Shown here in pieces: positions 26,250-39,589 of a stretch of DNA of 64,000 nt. The position numbers were made by a program, and so were the translations under genes. Location: contig OX597838.1 of assembly GCA_951406725.2 (NCBI GenBank), positions 26,226,001-26,290,000 on the forward strand, given 5' to 3'. Numbering within the stretch: the first letter of the stretch is position 1; every line of letters begins with the position of its first letter. The notes under the pieces are model-generated. The model saw nothing but the letters and a program-made list of their open reading frames with translations. It made no database searches and had not been told where the DNA came from. Origin of the DNA: Octopus vulgaris. Taxonomy: Eukaryota.

Positions 26250-26569
26250 TTTGGTGAGGAGCCGATGCGGCTGTTGAAGAAATAATATATTCTCGCTGAA
26301 TCTTCGTCTTTCAGATTCATAGCATAAGTCATGAATTCGGTTTCATTTCAGCGCCTCTTACGGACTCGGCTAACAGACCACATAGTTTCAGTATAGAGAA
26401 TTGCACAAATTGAAATCCAGAAATCCAGTCACTGAAATTATTGCATGAGATGTGTAGAAACCATAAAAAAATGGGACGGTGAATATATTGTGTCTTTCTC
26501 TTCAGGAAGAAAATAGGAAATCCGTTGGAAAAACAAAAACAGAACAGAGGCGGAGCAAAAACAAATCGG

Positions 26570-26764
26570 GAAAATAATCCAGAATCCTTGTCCGGCATCG
26601 GATCGATCCGAAAATCTAATCAGTTCGTGTCAGTCATGAGACAAGCATCCCTGAAGGTTTCATCCGAATCCATCTAGCAGTTCTTGAGATATCTTGTCCA
26701 CGGACAAATAAAGAAACAAACACGACTGAAAACAATACCTCCGCCTTCACTAGGGCGGAGGTAG
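26570..26764 (+). mobile_element. HINE/DINE-like (Helentron-associated) non-autonomous element end
   Basis: Terminal palindrome TACCTCCGCC-ttcactag-GGCGGAGGTA (26736-26763) preceded by GGACAAA..AAACAAAC..GAAAACAA, the layout I associate with HINEs. Confidence 0.55.
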
Positions 26765-26957
26765 TAAGAATCTAGCTCATCAGATCATCATATTTATGCC
26801 AATGATTCAACCCAGACCCGTATGAGAGCGTGCGTGCATCTGTGTGTGTGTTTGTGCGAGGGAGGGGTGCTCGCGCAAGCATTCTTTTGTCGCCAACTGA
26901 AAGTATATTAGAAGAAAATACAGTGTAAGTTGAAGTCGTGTTCTGTTACCTTCCCGC

Positions 26958-27011
<54 letters not shown>

Positions 27012-27088
27012 AATAGGGAGTAAATCCAAACTTACAGGGAAAATTAGATTTAGGATTAAATCTAATTTCACAGTATAAATATAAATTA

Positions 27089-27384
27089 AATTAAATTAGA
27101 GATAAAACCACTATTAGGCAAATCAAACAGTGAAAAACATAAACCAAAACATAAAAATAAAAATAATTAATATAATATACAAAATATATAAAATATAAAA
27201 TGTAAAATTTTAAATTTTTATTTATAAATTTTTAAATTAAATTTTTTTTTTAAATTTAAATAATTTAAATTTTAAATCTTATATTTTATATATTTTGTAT
27301 ATTATATTATTTTTATTTTTATGTTTTGGTTTATGTTTTTCACTGTTTGATTTGCCTAATAGTGGTTTTATCTCTAATTTAATT
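27089..27384. repeat. ~295-bp AT-rich near-perfect palindrome
   Basis: ATTAGAGATAAAACCACTATTAGGCAAATCAAACAGTGAAAAACATAAACCAAAACATAAAAA is repeated exactly as its reverse complement. A one-arm relative lies at 9400-9475. Confidence 0.9.
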
Positions 27385-27391
27385 ATATATA

Positions 27392-27771
27392 CACTACCGT
27401 CAGAAATTAATTAGCACCCTTGATTTGCTCTTCACTCAAGGTATGTGCTGTCACCTAGTGGCCATATCTCGAACTATTGCTTTGTTGCGAGTTCACTGTT
27501 GCGCAGAACGATGACGTAACTTTGTTTGCAGAGCAGTTTGAGAGTCTACAGCCTTATGATGTTGACATAGCAGTGCAACAACAACTTGGAGTGCGGGTGC
27601 AGACAAATCTTCCTTTGTTTAATAGATATAGGTAGCGCCTCGCAAGGACCGAAATCACACCATACTAAGTTTTCTCATCGCGTAAGACGTTTTGAACAGC
27701 TCATAGGTTAATTGATTTAACCTATTTAATGTAGAAATTTGAGAAGTGCTAATTAATTTCTGACACAAGTG
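27392..27771. mobile_element. Tc1/mariner-type MITE
   Basis: TA|CACTACCGTCAGAAATTAATTAGCAC ... GTGCTAATTAATTTCTGACACAAGTG|TA: TIRs with TA duplication. Confidence 0.82.
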
Positions 27772-29566
27772 TATATATATATATATATATAAGAAAGTAT
27801 GTATGTATGTAGGTAGGTAGGTAGGTAGGTAGGTATGTAGGTAGGTAGGTGTGGATGCATGCATGTTGTGTGTATGTATATATGTATGCTTGGTGAGTAC
27901 AGCTTGCAGGATGAAAACCCAGATCCGTCCAAGGTCGAAGGAACTCAGGAGAGTGAAGAGCCGTCCAATATAGTCAAGAGTAGATGGTGCTCACCAGTAA
28001 AGACATAATACATCCGGCAAAGGCTTGCAATCAGCTGATACTAATTTGCAGAGAACAAATTATAACTGGAAGCTGTTACAAATACTAATAACAAAGATTC
28101 ATGTATGTGTGTTTGTGTGAATGTACTCACACACACACGCACATTCACACACATACACACGATCATATACATACATACATGTTTATGTTGTAAAAATGAT
28201 AGCATCCACCACATTGTGTCGGTTTGATATTTATAAGCAAAAGATTTAGCAGAGCATTTCTTGAAGGATCACACTAGTGTGAAATATTTATGGAATCTTT
28301 CAACTGTCTTTCGCGAATGTTGACACAGCTGCATGTTACTCAAAAAACAAAAAAAAAAAAGAAACTGCACATTTGTCGTGGGTAAGGTCGCTTGCAATTA
28401 GTCAAAATATATCACGTGATCGGAATTCGAAAGGCTCTAAGTTGTAAGGCTGACAACCAAGTCGAGTAGTACGTTCACTCGCAAAGGATTCTATTCACAG
28501 GGGACTCATAGTCGAACATATTTGCGAAAATGCATCGTTTGGCTCAGGATATTCAGCTAACTGAAAATTTTCCTGAAGGCATATCTTCCTGTAACGACAG
28601 CTGACAACACCTCGGACTTTCTATTGAAAGACGCCACGCGTCATTTCAGATAAGCAAATTCTAGAGTCACATAATCCTTTAGAATTCGGAGTCGCTCAGT
28701 TAACTGTATTTTCTGCCAATGCATGGCAATCGTGTCCTTTCTTCCAGAGCTCCCAGATAAATTGGTACAGGACTCGAGAATTTTCCATGTTCCTAGACTT
28801 AAAGAAATTCATGTTGATTGTAACCTTTTTCGAAGTCGTTAGATTCAGTGATGTGAGAACTTGTGTGTCCTATAGATACCGTCTGGCTTGTGCACTTGAT
28901 GCTCTAAATACTACCACTCTAAAGAGGTACGTTTTCCTGAAAGTAGATTGATTTAGACAACTGCAAAGCAAAGTGTGAGATTATGCAGATGTATTTTTTT
29001 TATTGTGACGTGTGATACTGACGTGTGAAAAGCGATGTTGTTTAAGCATTATTGACTGACCTTTATGTTGTGTGCATTGAAGAACTTATGTTGTTTATGT
29101 TGTTTGAAAGTGATGTTTTATATGAAATAGGGCATACCTGATTATGTTAGAGGAGACGTCTACGCTATGAAGAAAGATTTTTAAATCGTATTCTGTACTT
29201 CACGTTTGCATCTGCGAACAGGTTCAACAAGTGCAACCAAGGAAACTCTTAGCTACGACGCAAGAACCTTGTGCTTCCAATAAAATATAAACACACCTGC
29301 CTCTATGTATTGAGTACATTTATCTTCGTTTACAAACACCAACATTAACTAATGCGTGCAGATTTACATACATGCATATATATATACCTTAGCCAAGTAT
29401 AGTTTGCCTGAACCGTAGTCTGATATCTAGGTTTAAAAGTGAAAACAATGCAAGCTATAAGAAATGGTACGAGACAAAGAGTACAAACCGACGACTTGTA
29501 ATATTTCTTATAACTTGCATTATTTTGGCATTAAAAACATACACATATATACATTCATATATCTAT

Positions 29567-29600
<34 letters not shown>

Positions 29601-30008
29601 GAAAATTCTTATGAATTAACTCTGAAATTGGGACCAATACTGTAATAACGGAATTTTTTAGAAATTTCTTTCGGCTTGTTTCGAGACGCATAAATTATAA
29701 TGGTTATTGACAATTTTGTCTATTTTCGGCATATTTGGCATTAGAATTTTTCTTTTGCCCTTATTTTATGAGTTATATGTATATATATATATGTATATGT
29801 ATGTATATATACAACTGTGTGTATGTGTAATTCGATTCCGATCACTTAAGGTTCGAACCAAGATCTACACTCTTTCAAAGCTGTGATTTTTATGTATAAC
29901 TCTTAAAATACAGAAATATATCATGTTTCTTTACCTGAAAACTTTAACTTTTCTACTCTCTCTCCACTCTCCCTCTTCCTCTATCGATGTCTGTCTGCTT
30001 CTGTCCCA

Positions 30009-30088
<80 letters not shown>

Positions 30089-30243
30089 CATACATACGTA
30101 TGGCTATCTCTTCGTCTCAGACGTTCTCCCTTCTTTCTCTAATATATTTTTATTTTCTCTTTTACTGGTTTTTCCATTTTCTTCTCTTCCCTCATTACCT
30201 CTGCATTTAACTATATATATATTATTTATGTATGTATGTATGC

Positions 30244-30335
<92 letters not shown>

Positions 30336-30517
30336 TTATGTGTGTATGTATATATATATATGTATGGATGAATGCTGATGCAGACACACATAAGTATGTG
30401 TGTGTGTGTGTCTGTGCATGCATACATAACGTGGCGTTTTTTTATTGCATCTCATGCTTACATACTTACCTGACAGTTATTGCTAATTACATGCACTGCA
30501 CAGCTCACGCTGATGTA

Positions 30518-30552
<35 letters not shown>

Positions 30553-30708
30553 CGACGACGACGACGACACCTATAACCAGAATAACAACAACAACAACAG
30601 CAGCAGCAGTAACAACAACAGATAATTATAATAGATCATGTAAGGTGAAGAGCTGAAGGCTCCCCAATCCATCTCTCTCTCTCTCTCTTACTTTGTGTAT
30701 ATATATAT

Positions 30709-31025
<317 letters not shown>

Positions 31026-31371
31026 GTCTTTTGCTCTCTCTGAACAGTGAGAATCTCATAAAACACAAGAAGACATAAACCCTTATTTTTCTTGATTCTT
31101 TTGCTTTGTTTTTTTTTTGTTTTTTTTTATTTTTGTTTTTCTTTTCTTTTTTTCTAATCTAAATTAAGACTTCAAAGGAACCTCAACACATCTGGTTGTT
31201 TGATGTAAAATATACGGCTTCTCTTCGCGATCTGCACCGTTCGTTACTGCCTCATCCTCACTCAGCCTCCTATCTCTCGCTATATATATATATATGTGTG
31301 TGTGTTTCTGTGTATGTGCGTGTATTATATATTTATATGAGTATAAATATAACGAATATATCCAACTAGCT

Positions 31372-31402
<31 letters not shown>

Positions 31403-31599
31403 CACGCACATACATAAATACATACATATATATATACAAACACACACACAGATCATATTGCTACTTGCAAACATAGTGCCACACGTGTGTATACATAGAT
31501 AGATAGATGAATATGCGTGCATCCATACAGTAATAAATGCATATAAATTTTTTCTCAATATATATATATATATATGTATGTATGTGTATATATATATAT

Positions 31600-31652
<53 letters not shown>

Positions 31653-31656
31653 TATA

Positions 31657-31724
<68 letters not shown>

Positions 31725-31745
31725 CATATACACACATATATATAT

Positions 31746-31781
<36 letters not shown>

Positions 31782-31864
31782 TGAGAAAAAAGTCGTCAGA
31801 ATTTTGGAAAGACATCTTTTTATTTCATCCATATATATATATATCTATATATGCATATATATAT

Positions 31865-31985
31865 ATTGGCCTGCTCGCTTAGCCAGTGGGGTGGCGTCAT
31901 TCGAAGGCTAAAGTAATGCGAACGCATTGTGACGAGCGATGTGTAACTACATCTGATGGACTGGTCGGTCACGTGACGTGATATG
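31865..31985 (+). mobile_element. 3' tail fragment of a SINE C subfamily
   Basis: TATTGGCCTGCTC..GCCAG..GGGTGGC..GCATTGTGA matches 35843-35960. Confidence 0.7.
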
Positions 31986-32363
31986 CATATATATATATGC
32001 ATGCATATATGTATATGTGCATACACATACACACACAGATATATATATATATATATATATGTAATAACATGGTGATGGTCATATTTTGCCAATCATACAT
32101 ATAGTTCTATTTTCTCCTGGTACCAGTTCAGCTTATCTATCACTTTGGCGCTATACCCTCAGCTACAATTATACACACCTCCGAATACTCTCAGCATCTT
32201 AATGTGCATTTGTCCAACAAATCAGTCAGATATCTACACATACAACTGTGAGACATACATATGTACATTTATATAGATAGATGTACATATGCATGTATAT
32301 ATCTATGTTCATACATGCATATATACATACATACATACATACATACATACATACATACATACA

Positions 32364-32396
<33 letters not shown>

Positions 32397-32471
32397 GTAC
32401 AGGCAGAAGAAAACTCGCACATATGTATTACTTAAATGCACACATAAACCCAGTTTTGAAAATAACCATAA

Positions 32472-32543
<72 letters not shown>

Positions 32544-32753
32544 ATGCATGCGCATGCTGTTACTGCTCCCTGTCTTTGGAATTCTGAGCATGCTGCGGCA
32601 GCGCCATCTGGGGTGGAGTCGCTTACATCGAATACAATGCTTATTTTATCGACATGGGAACGATGAAAGAATATGGATATTTATGGCTCTGGCCCAGCGT
32701 GGCCACCACCGGATGACTGAAACACATAAAGAATATATATATATGTATGTATG

Positions 32754-32897
<144 letters not shown>

Positions 32898-33058
32898 TAT
32901 GTGCCTGTGTGTGCGTGTGTCTATAGAGAAAGGGGGAGGGAGAGTGAGAATCGAATCTAAGTTTGTTTAGTGCAAAACAAAACTTTTGGTGCTTAAGTCA
33001 ATTTATTATCTAACTTTAGAGCTTGCTGGTGGTGATGATAATAATAATGATGATGATG

Positions 33059-33111
<53 letters not shown>

Positions 33112-33117
<6 letters not shown>

Positions 33118-33531
33118 CTGAGCAAATATAAAGATCTGGAAATAGAAATCAGCAAAATGTGGAACCTGAAGACTAAAACAATACCTGTTGTCATAGGTGC
33201 CCTGGGAATGATAGCAAAAGAGGCTGATTGCTACCTAACTCAGATTCCAGGAAACCCCCAAATGGCAGAAATTCAAAAGATATTGCTCATGAGAACTGCT
33301 CATATCCTACGCAAAATACTGTCTTTGTAATCTCAAGTTTAAAACAAACATAATTTTCGTATGGTTTTTTAGGCATTCACTAGTACAACACTAAGTACAA
33401 AACCAAATATATGGCACCCTAGGCATAACACCAACATGAACTTCCAACTTATTGTCTCTTGAGGTCTCTGGGTGAGACTTGGAGCCAGCTTGTGCAAATG
33501 TAAAGCAAAAGTCAAACAGAATTATAATAAT
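33112..33531 (+). mobile_element. R4/Dong-clade LINE 3' end inserted in (TAA)n
   Basis: KLSKYKDLEIEISKMWNLKTKTIPVVIGALGMI...TAHILRKILSL* (stop 33330) plus 3' UTR, with TAA repeats on both sides; second copy at 56178. Confidence 0.9.
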
Positions 33532-33540
33532 AAGTAAGTA

Positions 33541-34110
33541 TCAGGCTGTGACTTCGATGGCTTTTGATCTTAACTGATTGGACATGTTATTATCATGTAC
33601 ATTGTTTTGTCTTGGTATAAAAGATGGGCTGCAGCAAATATTCTGCTCAATACCACAGATTTGCTTGTCAGTTGTTTGACCTTAACCAGTTGATCATGTC
33701 TCTTGGTGGCTGACGATATGTACATCTCTGACCACGAGCAGAAGTAGTGGGCGAACATCATAGCCATGTGTTGAGAGGGATTCTTTGGGTTTTGGATAAT
33801 TTACCTTTGGAAACTTGGGTGTTTTATTCAACATCCTTAAACAACCCTTATTCAGGGAACTTTTGAGCGAGATGCGCTACTGAACCTGAAGAAAATTCTA
33901 GGAGAGCCCCACTTGCAAGAACATGCACTGTTTATCTTGATATGAGTTCACGATGTCGCGCACATATGGTTGTGATGCATGTACCTGGTGTATCCTTAAC
34001 AGACATGTAGTCATGATGTGTATTTTGGGCTTCGTATGTTTGTACCCCAGTGTTAATTTGATGGCATGCACTGCTCTCTCTTAATCAATAAAATAATAAT
34101 AATAATAATA
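33541..34110 (+). mobile_element. Repeat family E (non-coding, TAA-tailed; probable LINE 3' UTR or non-autonomous retroelement)
   Basis: Homologous copies at 34417-34900 and 52005-52180; ends ATGCACTGCTCTCTC..TCAATAA(TAA)n. Confidence 0.75.
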
Positions 34111-34416
34111 ATGATGATGATGATGATGAGGATGAGGAGGAGGAGGAGGATAACAACAACAATAATAATAATAATGATTGCATTTATTTGCCACAAGGGT
34201 GAAGGATAAGAGGGACAATACAGAAACAGTTATAAAGTGTTGTGGTTTACATATAATAATGAAACGAAAAAAGTATACACGGTATACACTGGAGGGACAT
34301 ATGCATAGCATACAAAGGTACAAAAAAATTAGGGGTGGGAGGATGATAGAGATGTGGCCCTCCTGATATAGCAAGGCCTCTAGGGATAATCGAGGAACCC
34401 CACTGTCTGAGGGTTT

Positions 34417-34900
34417 ACACATTGTATTGTTTTGGTATAAAAGATGGGCTACAGCAAATATTCTGCTCATTACCACAGATTTGCTTCTCAGCTGCTTGAC
34501 CTTAACCAGTTGAGCATGTTCCTTATTTCCCTGACAATATGTGCATCTCTGATCACGAGCAGAAGTAGTGGGCAGCATCATAGCCATGTGTTAAGAGGGA
34601 TTCTTTGGGGTTTGAATAATTCACCTCTTGAAACATGGATGTTTCAACATCCTTAAACAACTCTTAAACAGAAACCTTTTGAGTGGGATGGGCAATTCAA
34701 CCTGAAGAAAATTCTAACTGGGTCCCCACCTGCAAGGTGATGCGCTGTTTATCTTGATATGAGATCACCATGTTAGACATGTGATTGTGATGCATGTGCC
34801 TGGTGTACCCTTATCAGATGGGTAGTCATGATCGGTATAATGGGTTTCGTATATTTTACCCCAGTGTCACTTTGATGGTATGCACTACTCACTCAGTAAC
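34417..34900 (+). mobile_element. Repeat family E, second copy
   Basis: Colinear with 33598-34085. Confidence 0.78.
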
Positions 34901-34902
34901 AA

Positions 34903-34939
<37 letters not shown>

Positions 34940-35452
34940 TTTCCTTCTTTCTTCAAAGTTTTTTTCCGTACACCTAGGGCAGAGAAGCTCATTGTATGCA
35001 TTCCCAGATTACACACTCAAATTCACAGGTAAAATATGTATTTGAAAAATTAATAGATAAATAAATTCATGAATGGGTGTTGTTTTCACAGCGATAATGC
35101 TCTTCTCAGTACATGAGCCGTTCCAGTTAATACGATTTTTTGCACTCCCTGTAGGCATGGTAAGTCTGGTATCATTGTCAAATAAGTTTCAGTACCTTTT
35201 TTTTTATCATTCCTAGAGATCCTACAATCACTGGTACTGTAGTCGCCTTGAGATGCCACATTTTTTTTCAGTTTCTATTAGCAAGTCTTTATATTTACTG
35301 ATCTTGTCAAATTCTTTCGCCGCTATATTGTGATCGCAAGGAATACTCACGTCAATTAATAAACACATCATTTTTGTCTGATCTTTTATAATAATATCCG
35401 GTTTATTAGCTTTTATAGTTTTGTCGGTATGTACAGAGAAGTCCCATAGAAT
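34940..35452 (-). mobile_element. R4/Dong-clade LINE 3' fragment (RLE domain), frameshifted
   Basis: LWDFSVHTDKTIKANKPDIIIKD...CLLIDVSIPCDHNIAAKEFDKISKYKDL...VPVIVGSLGMI...TAHVLRRALSL*, followed by a (TAA)n tail on the minus strand. Confidence 0.9.
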
Positions 35453-35664
35453 CTAAACAAATACCGCATGTTACTTCTCTCGATGTTCCACCGATTTAGC
35501 CAATCTGGTTTCAGAACACAAGAAGACACAAATAAAACATTTGATTCCGTCGACTCTGGATGGAGAAAAGATGCTAACTTTAGCAGGGTTTGAACTCAGG
35601 ACATGATAATGAGTATAATCGAGTGATGATGAATATATTAAGTGTAAATATTGAGATAAATGTG

Positions 35665-35960
35665 AAGGCGTGTGGCCTAATGGTCAGGAATGCCGCATTC
35701 ACGATCGCGAGATTGTGGTTCGATTCTCAAATCGGCCGCACGTCGTGTTCTTGGGCGAAACACTTCATTACACGTCGCTCCAGTCCAATCAGCTGCAAAT
35801 GGGACCACCCTGCGACGGAATACTCTTCCAATGAGCAAGGAGTATTGGCCTGCTCACCTCGCCAGCTGGGTGGCAGCATTCAAAAGCTAAGAATAATGCA
35901 AAGTGCATTGTGAGCGGCGATGTATAACAACATCCGATAGTCTGGATGATACCGTGATAT
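35665..35960 (+). mobile_element. SINE C, diverged
   Basis: TGGCCTAATGG / GGTTCGATTC boxes and GTGTTCTTGGGCGAAACACTT core. Confidence 0.75.
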
Positions 35961-36354
35961 TCCAGTATAAATAAGAGATTAGAGGTTCGAGTCGGACCCT
36001 TCGTCAGGAAAGAAAAAAAAACATTTGTTGATACATTGGAACGTTTTTGATCACTATATCCGTTCGATTACTGATGGGATAAACAACAATATACAGCGGA
36101 TTAGAATAATCAATAAGAGTAATGCAGCAGCAGCATCTGCAGCTACTACTACTACTGCTGCTACTACTGCTACTACTTGTTGGTGGAAATCATATCTCGA
36201 TTATTGATTTTTAATTCATATTTAATCAATTGTCTGGAACGTCTTCATGCCTGTGAGACATTTTGTAAGATAACAAACATGCTACAGAAGGAGGAGGACG
36301 GGGAAGAGGAGGAGGAGGAAGAGAATGAAAAGTAGAGGAGAAGGAATGAACGGG

Positions 36355-36462
36355 GAATAATAATAATAATATAATAAAAATAATAATGATGATGATAATA
36401 ATAATAATAATAATAATAAAAATGATAATAATAATAATAATAATATAATAAAAATAATGATG

Positions 36463-36499
<37 letters not shown>

Positions 36500-36612
36500 T
36501 AATAATGATAATAATAATAATAATAATAATAATAATATAATAATAATAATGATAATAATAATAATAATAATATAATAATAATAATAATAATAATAATATA
36601 GTAATAATAATA

Positions 36613-36668
<56 letters not shown>

Positions 36669-36835
36669 TTATAATAATAATAATAATAAGAAGAAGAAGA
36701 AGAAGAAGAAGAAGATAATAATAATATAGATGGTGATGATAGTGGTGGTGGTAACGATGATGTGATGATAATGATGATGATGGTGATGACGACGACGACG
36801 ACGAAGATGACAACGACGTCGATGATGATGATGCT
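36355..36835. repeat. (TAA)n/(GAA)n/(GAT)n microsatellite
   Basis: Directly visible. Confidence 0.95.
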
Positions 36836-37369
36836 AAATAAGTAAATAAATAAATAAACAATGCATTCTTCAAAGGCAAACTGATCGTTTTTATCATTTT
36901 GTTGAAGTTAAAAATCTAAGAGTTCGAAGATCGAACACATTAAAGAACAATATCGATATTTCATGATTTCTTTTTCAAATAGGTCACTATTGTTTTTATT
37001 TAGATTTTATCTTTATTTATTATTTTTTATTTTTGCATCTCATATCTCATCCTTTCTGGGTCGATACATAAATTATTCATCGACGGGCAGTGAGATGTGT
37101 TGAACCACAATTGTCAACGCAATGGACACAACATGTGTGTTTGCTGTTTGAATTCTAGCGTGGTACCCATACCTTGGGTTTATCACCCCCGTCAAGGCGA
37201 TAAGTGACCAGTGTAGACAGGCGGGCCTTCAACACTAGCATAGATAAACCGGCAACGGTTCTCAATATGTGGTTTATATTTAAAAGATCGACAACAGAAC
37301 GGAGGGAAAATATACCAAGTTGTTATATATATATATATAGAAAATAGTAAAAAGTGAAAAATTTCTTGT

Positions 37370-37409
37370 AAGAAATTTGAAAAGCTGAACGCGAAACCGG
37401 TCATTTCTT
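37370..37409 (+). ncRNA. Minimal type-I hammerhead motif, U3-A8 variant, enclosed by inverted repeats
   Basis: AAGAAAU-UUGAAAA-GC ugaac GC-GAAA-CCGG-UC-AUUUCUU: perfect 7-bp helix I. Flanking IR TAGAAAATAGTAAAAAGTGAAAAA / TTTTTCACTTTTTACTATTTTCTA. Confidence 0.68.
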
Positions 37410-37572
37410 CAAAAACTATGTCATTGTAGGAAAAAAATTTATAACATCCTTCAGACATATTGACTCAAATATATATTTTTTAACCTTTTAAAACAAGCCT
37501 TCTGTAGTTTTTTCACTTTTTACTATTTTCTATATATTCAACCACGTGCTTTCACACATCAACTGTCTCACC

Positions 37573-37661
<89 letters not shown>

Positions 37662-37696
37662 AATATGAATATATATATATATATAATACACAAATA

Positions 37697-37765
<69 letters not shown>

Positions 37766-37773
37766 CAAATATG

Positions 37774-37981
<208 letters not shown>

Positions 37982-37987
37982 TTATAC

Positions 37988-38048
<61 letters not shown>

Positions 38049-38560
38049 TCAGAAAATGTTTACACATTGTATAATGCGATCCTGGATGTCGAGTGCTTAG
38101 GAGAACAGATGCGATGGTCACGACTGAAGCGTCATTGACCATAAAGCGATTTCATCTGGTCTGCCCTGGGGCAAAACAACTGCAACATCAACAGCAACAA
38201 CATATATTTTTCTAGCCAGGCACAAATTCCATTTTCTTTCGACATCGCCCAAGTCCACCTGGAAGTCACTAAGAAATAAGTATCACTATATGGCGAGAGT
38301 TACCTGTGATAAACTCTGGCGTTGTATCCAGAGGGGAAGTTAATCTCTCAACTCCGACTCTCTGCATCGAAATATTATATTCTATATTGCCTCATTAACG
38401 TGATTGCCTTAATGAAATAGGTATCAACATTTTGTATGGTGAGTGTCGCTGTGAGAGAGCAATGACTTATGTAGGAAAATAGGAAAATTGTAATGGAACT
38501 GGTCAACACAGGCTGAGACGAGGCGAGAATGCTTTTGTGCCAACCAGGGAGCCTCCACGT

Positions 38561-38707
38561 CAGTCATGAGCAAACTGCGGCCCGCGGTGCTTTCTGAATG
38601 GCACACCTAACGAAAACTTACCTTAAAACTTTGTTAGTTGTGCGGCCCACCTGATGATGAGCCATGTCTCATGTGGCCTGCTTCTCAATAAATTTTGCCC
38701 ATGTCTG
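38561..38707. mobile_element. hAT-type MITE
   Basis: TIRs CAGTCATGAGCAAA / TTTGCCCATGTCTG, subterminal (G/T)GCGGCCC motifs, 8-bp TSD CTCCACGT / CTCTGCGT (6/8 match). Confidence 0.75.
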
Positions 38708-39444
38708 CTCTGCGTAATCTAACCGTGAGAAATAGCAACCAAAGCCCTCTCTCTCCGTCTCTCTCTATTTATCTATCTTTCTTTCTCTCTCTCTCTCTTT
38801 CCCTCTCTCTCTCTCTCTCTCTTTCCTTCTCTCTCTCTTTTCCTCTCTCTTTCTTTCTCTTTGTCTCTCTCCTATCTGCTTCTCAAATCTCACCGTAACA
38901 TCATACAAAGCAGAAAGAGTTTCAGAAACATGGCGGAATTATGAGAGGAAGGACGGAATAAAGGAAGAAGGGAGGGAAGGAAGGAAAGAAGGAAGGAAGG
39001 AAGGAAGGAACAAACAAAGACATTGAGGTAAGGCAAAAAATGGTAATCAAATATACGTGCCAAAACCAAAAACAAAAAAAAACCAACACCAAACGAAGCC
39101 TGTGTTCTCTCTACCTTATCTACATTTCCCCTGCAGCCCTCTGTAATTACAATATACATACATACATACATACATACATACATACATACATACATACGTA
39201 CATACATACATACATACATACATACGTACGTACATACACAAATGCCACGAATCCCCACTCTGCCTACCTTTGAACGCTCATAGAAGAAAAGGTAGCTTGT
39301 ACTTTTGGCGTGATGACTTTACGGTGCAAAATGCATGGGGTGGGCGCTGTGCTATATTGCGTTGCGTTGCGTGAGCCAGTTTCGAGTAGGCCTTATACAT
39401 ATACATGCATATATATACATACATACATATACATACACACACTA

Positions 39445-39479
<35 letters not shown>

Positions 39480-39589
39480 CATATATATATGGTAAAGAGG
39501 TGGAGTGAAGCTTTTTGAGTAAAGAGTGAAAGTGAGTGAAGGGAGGGTTACGTCATCGAGTAGTTGAGTGAGTCGAGTGGAACTGTCAT

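Noticed and set aside
32986-33330. 114-aa ORF as a host gene
   Set aside because: Poly-N from (AAT)n fused by chance to the C-terminus of an R4/Dong retrotransposon ORF.
38651-38680. CTGATGA followed by a weak stem
   Set aside because: No GAAA after the stem; it lies inside an hAT-type MITE.
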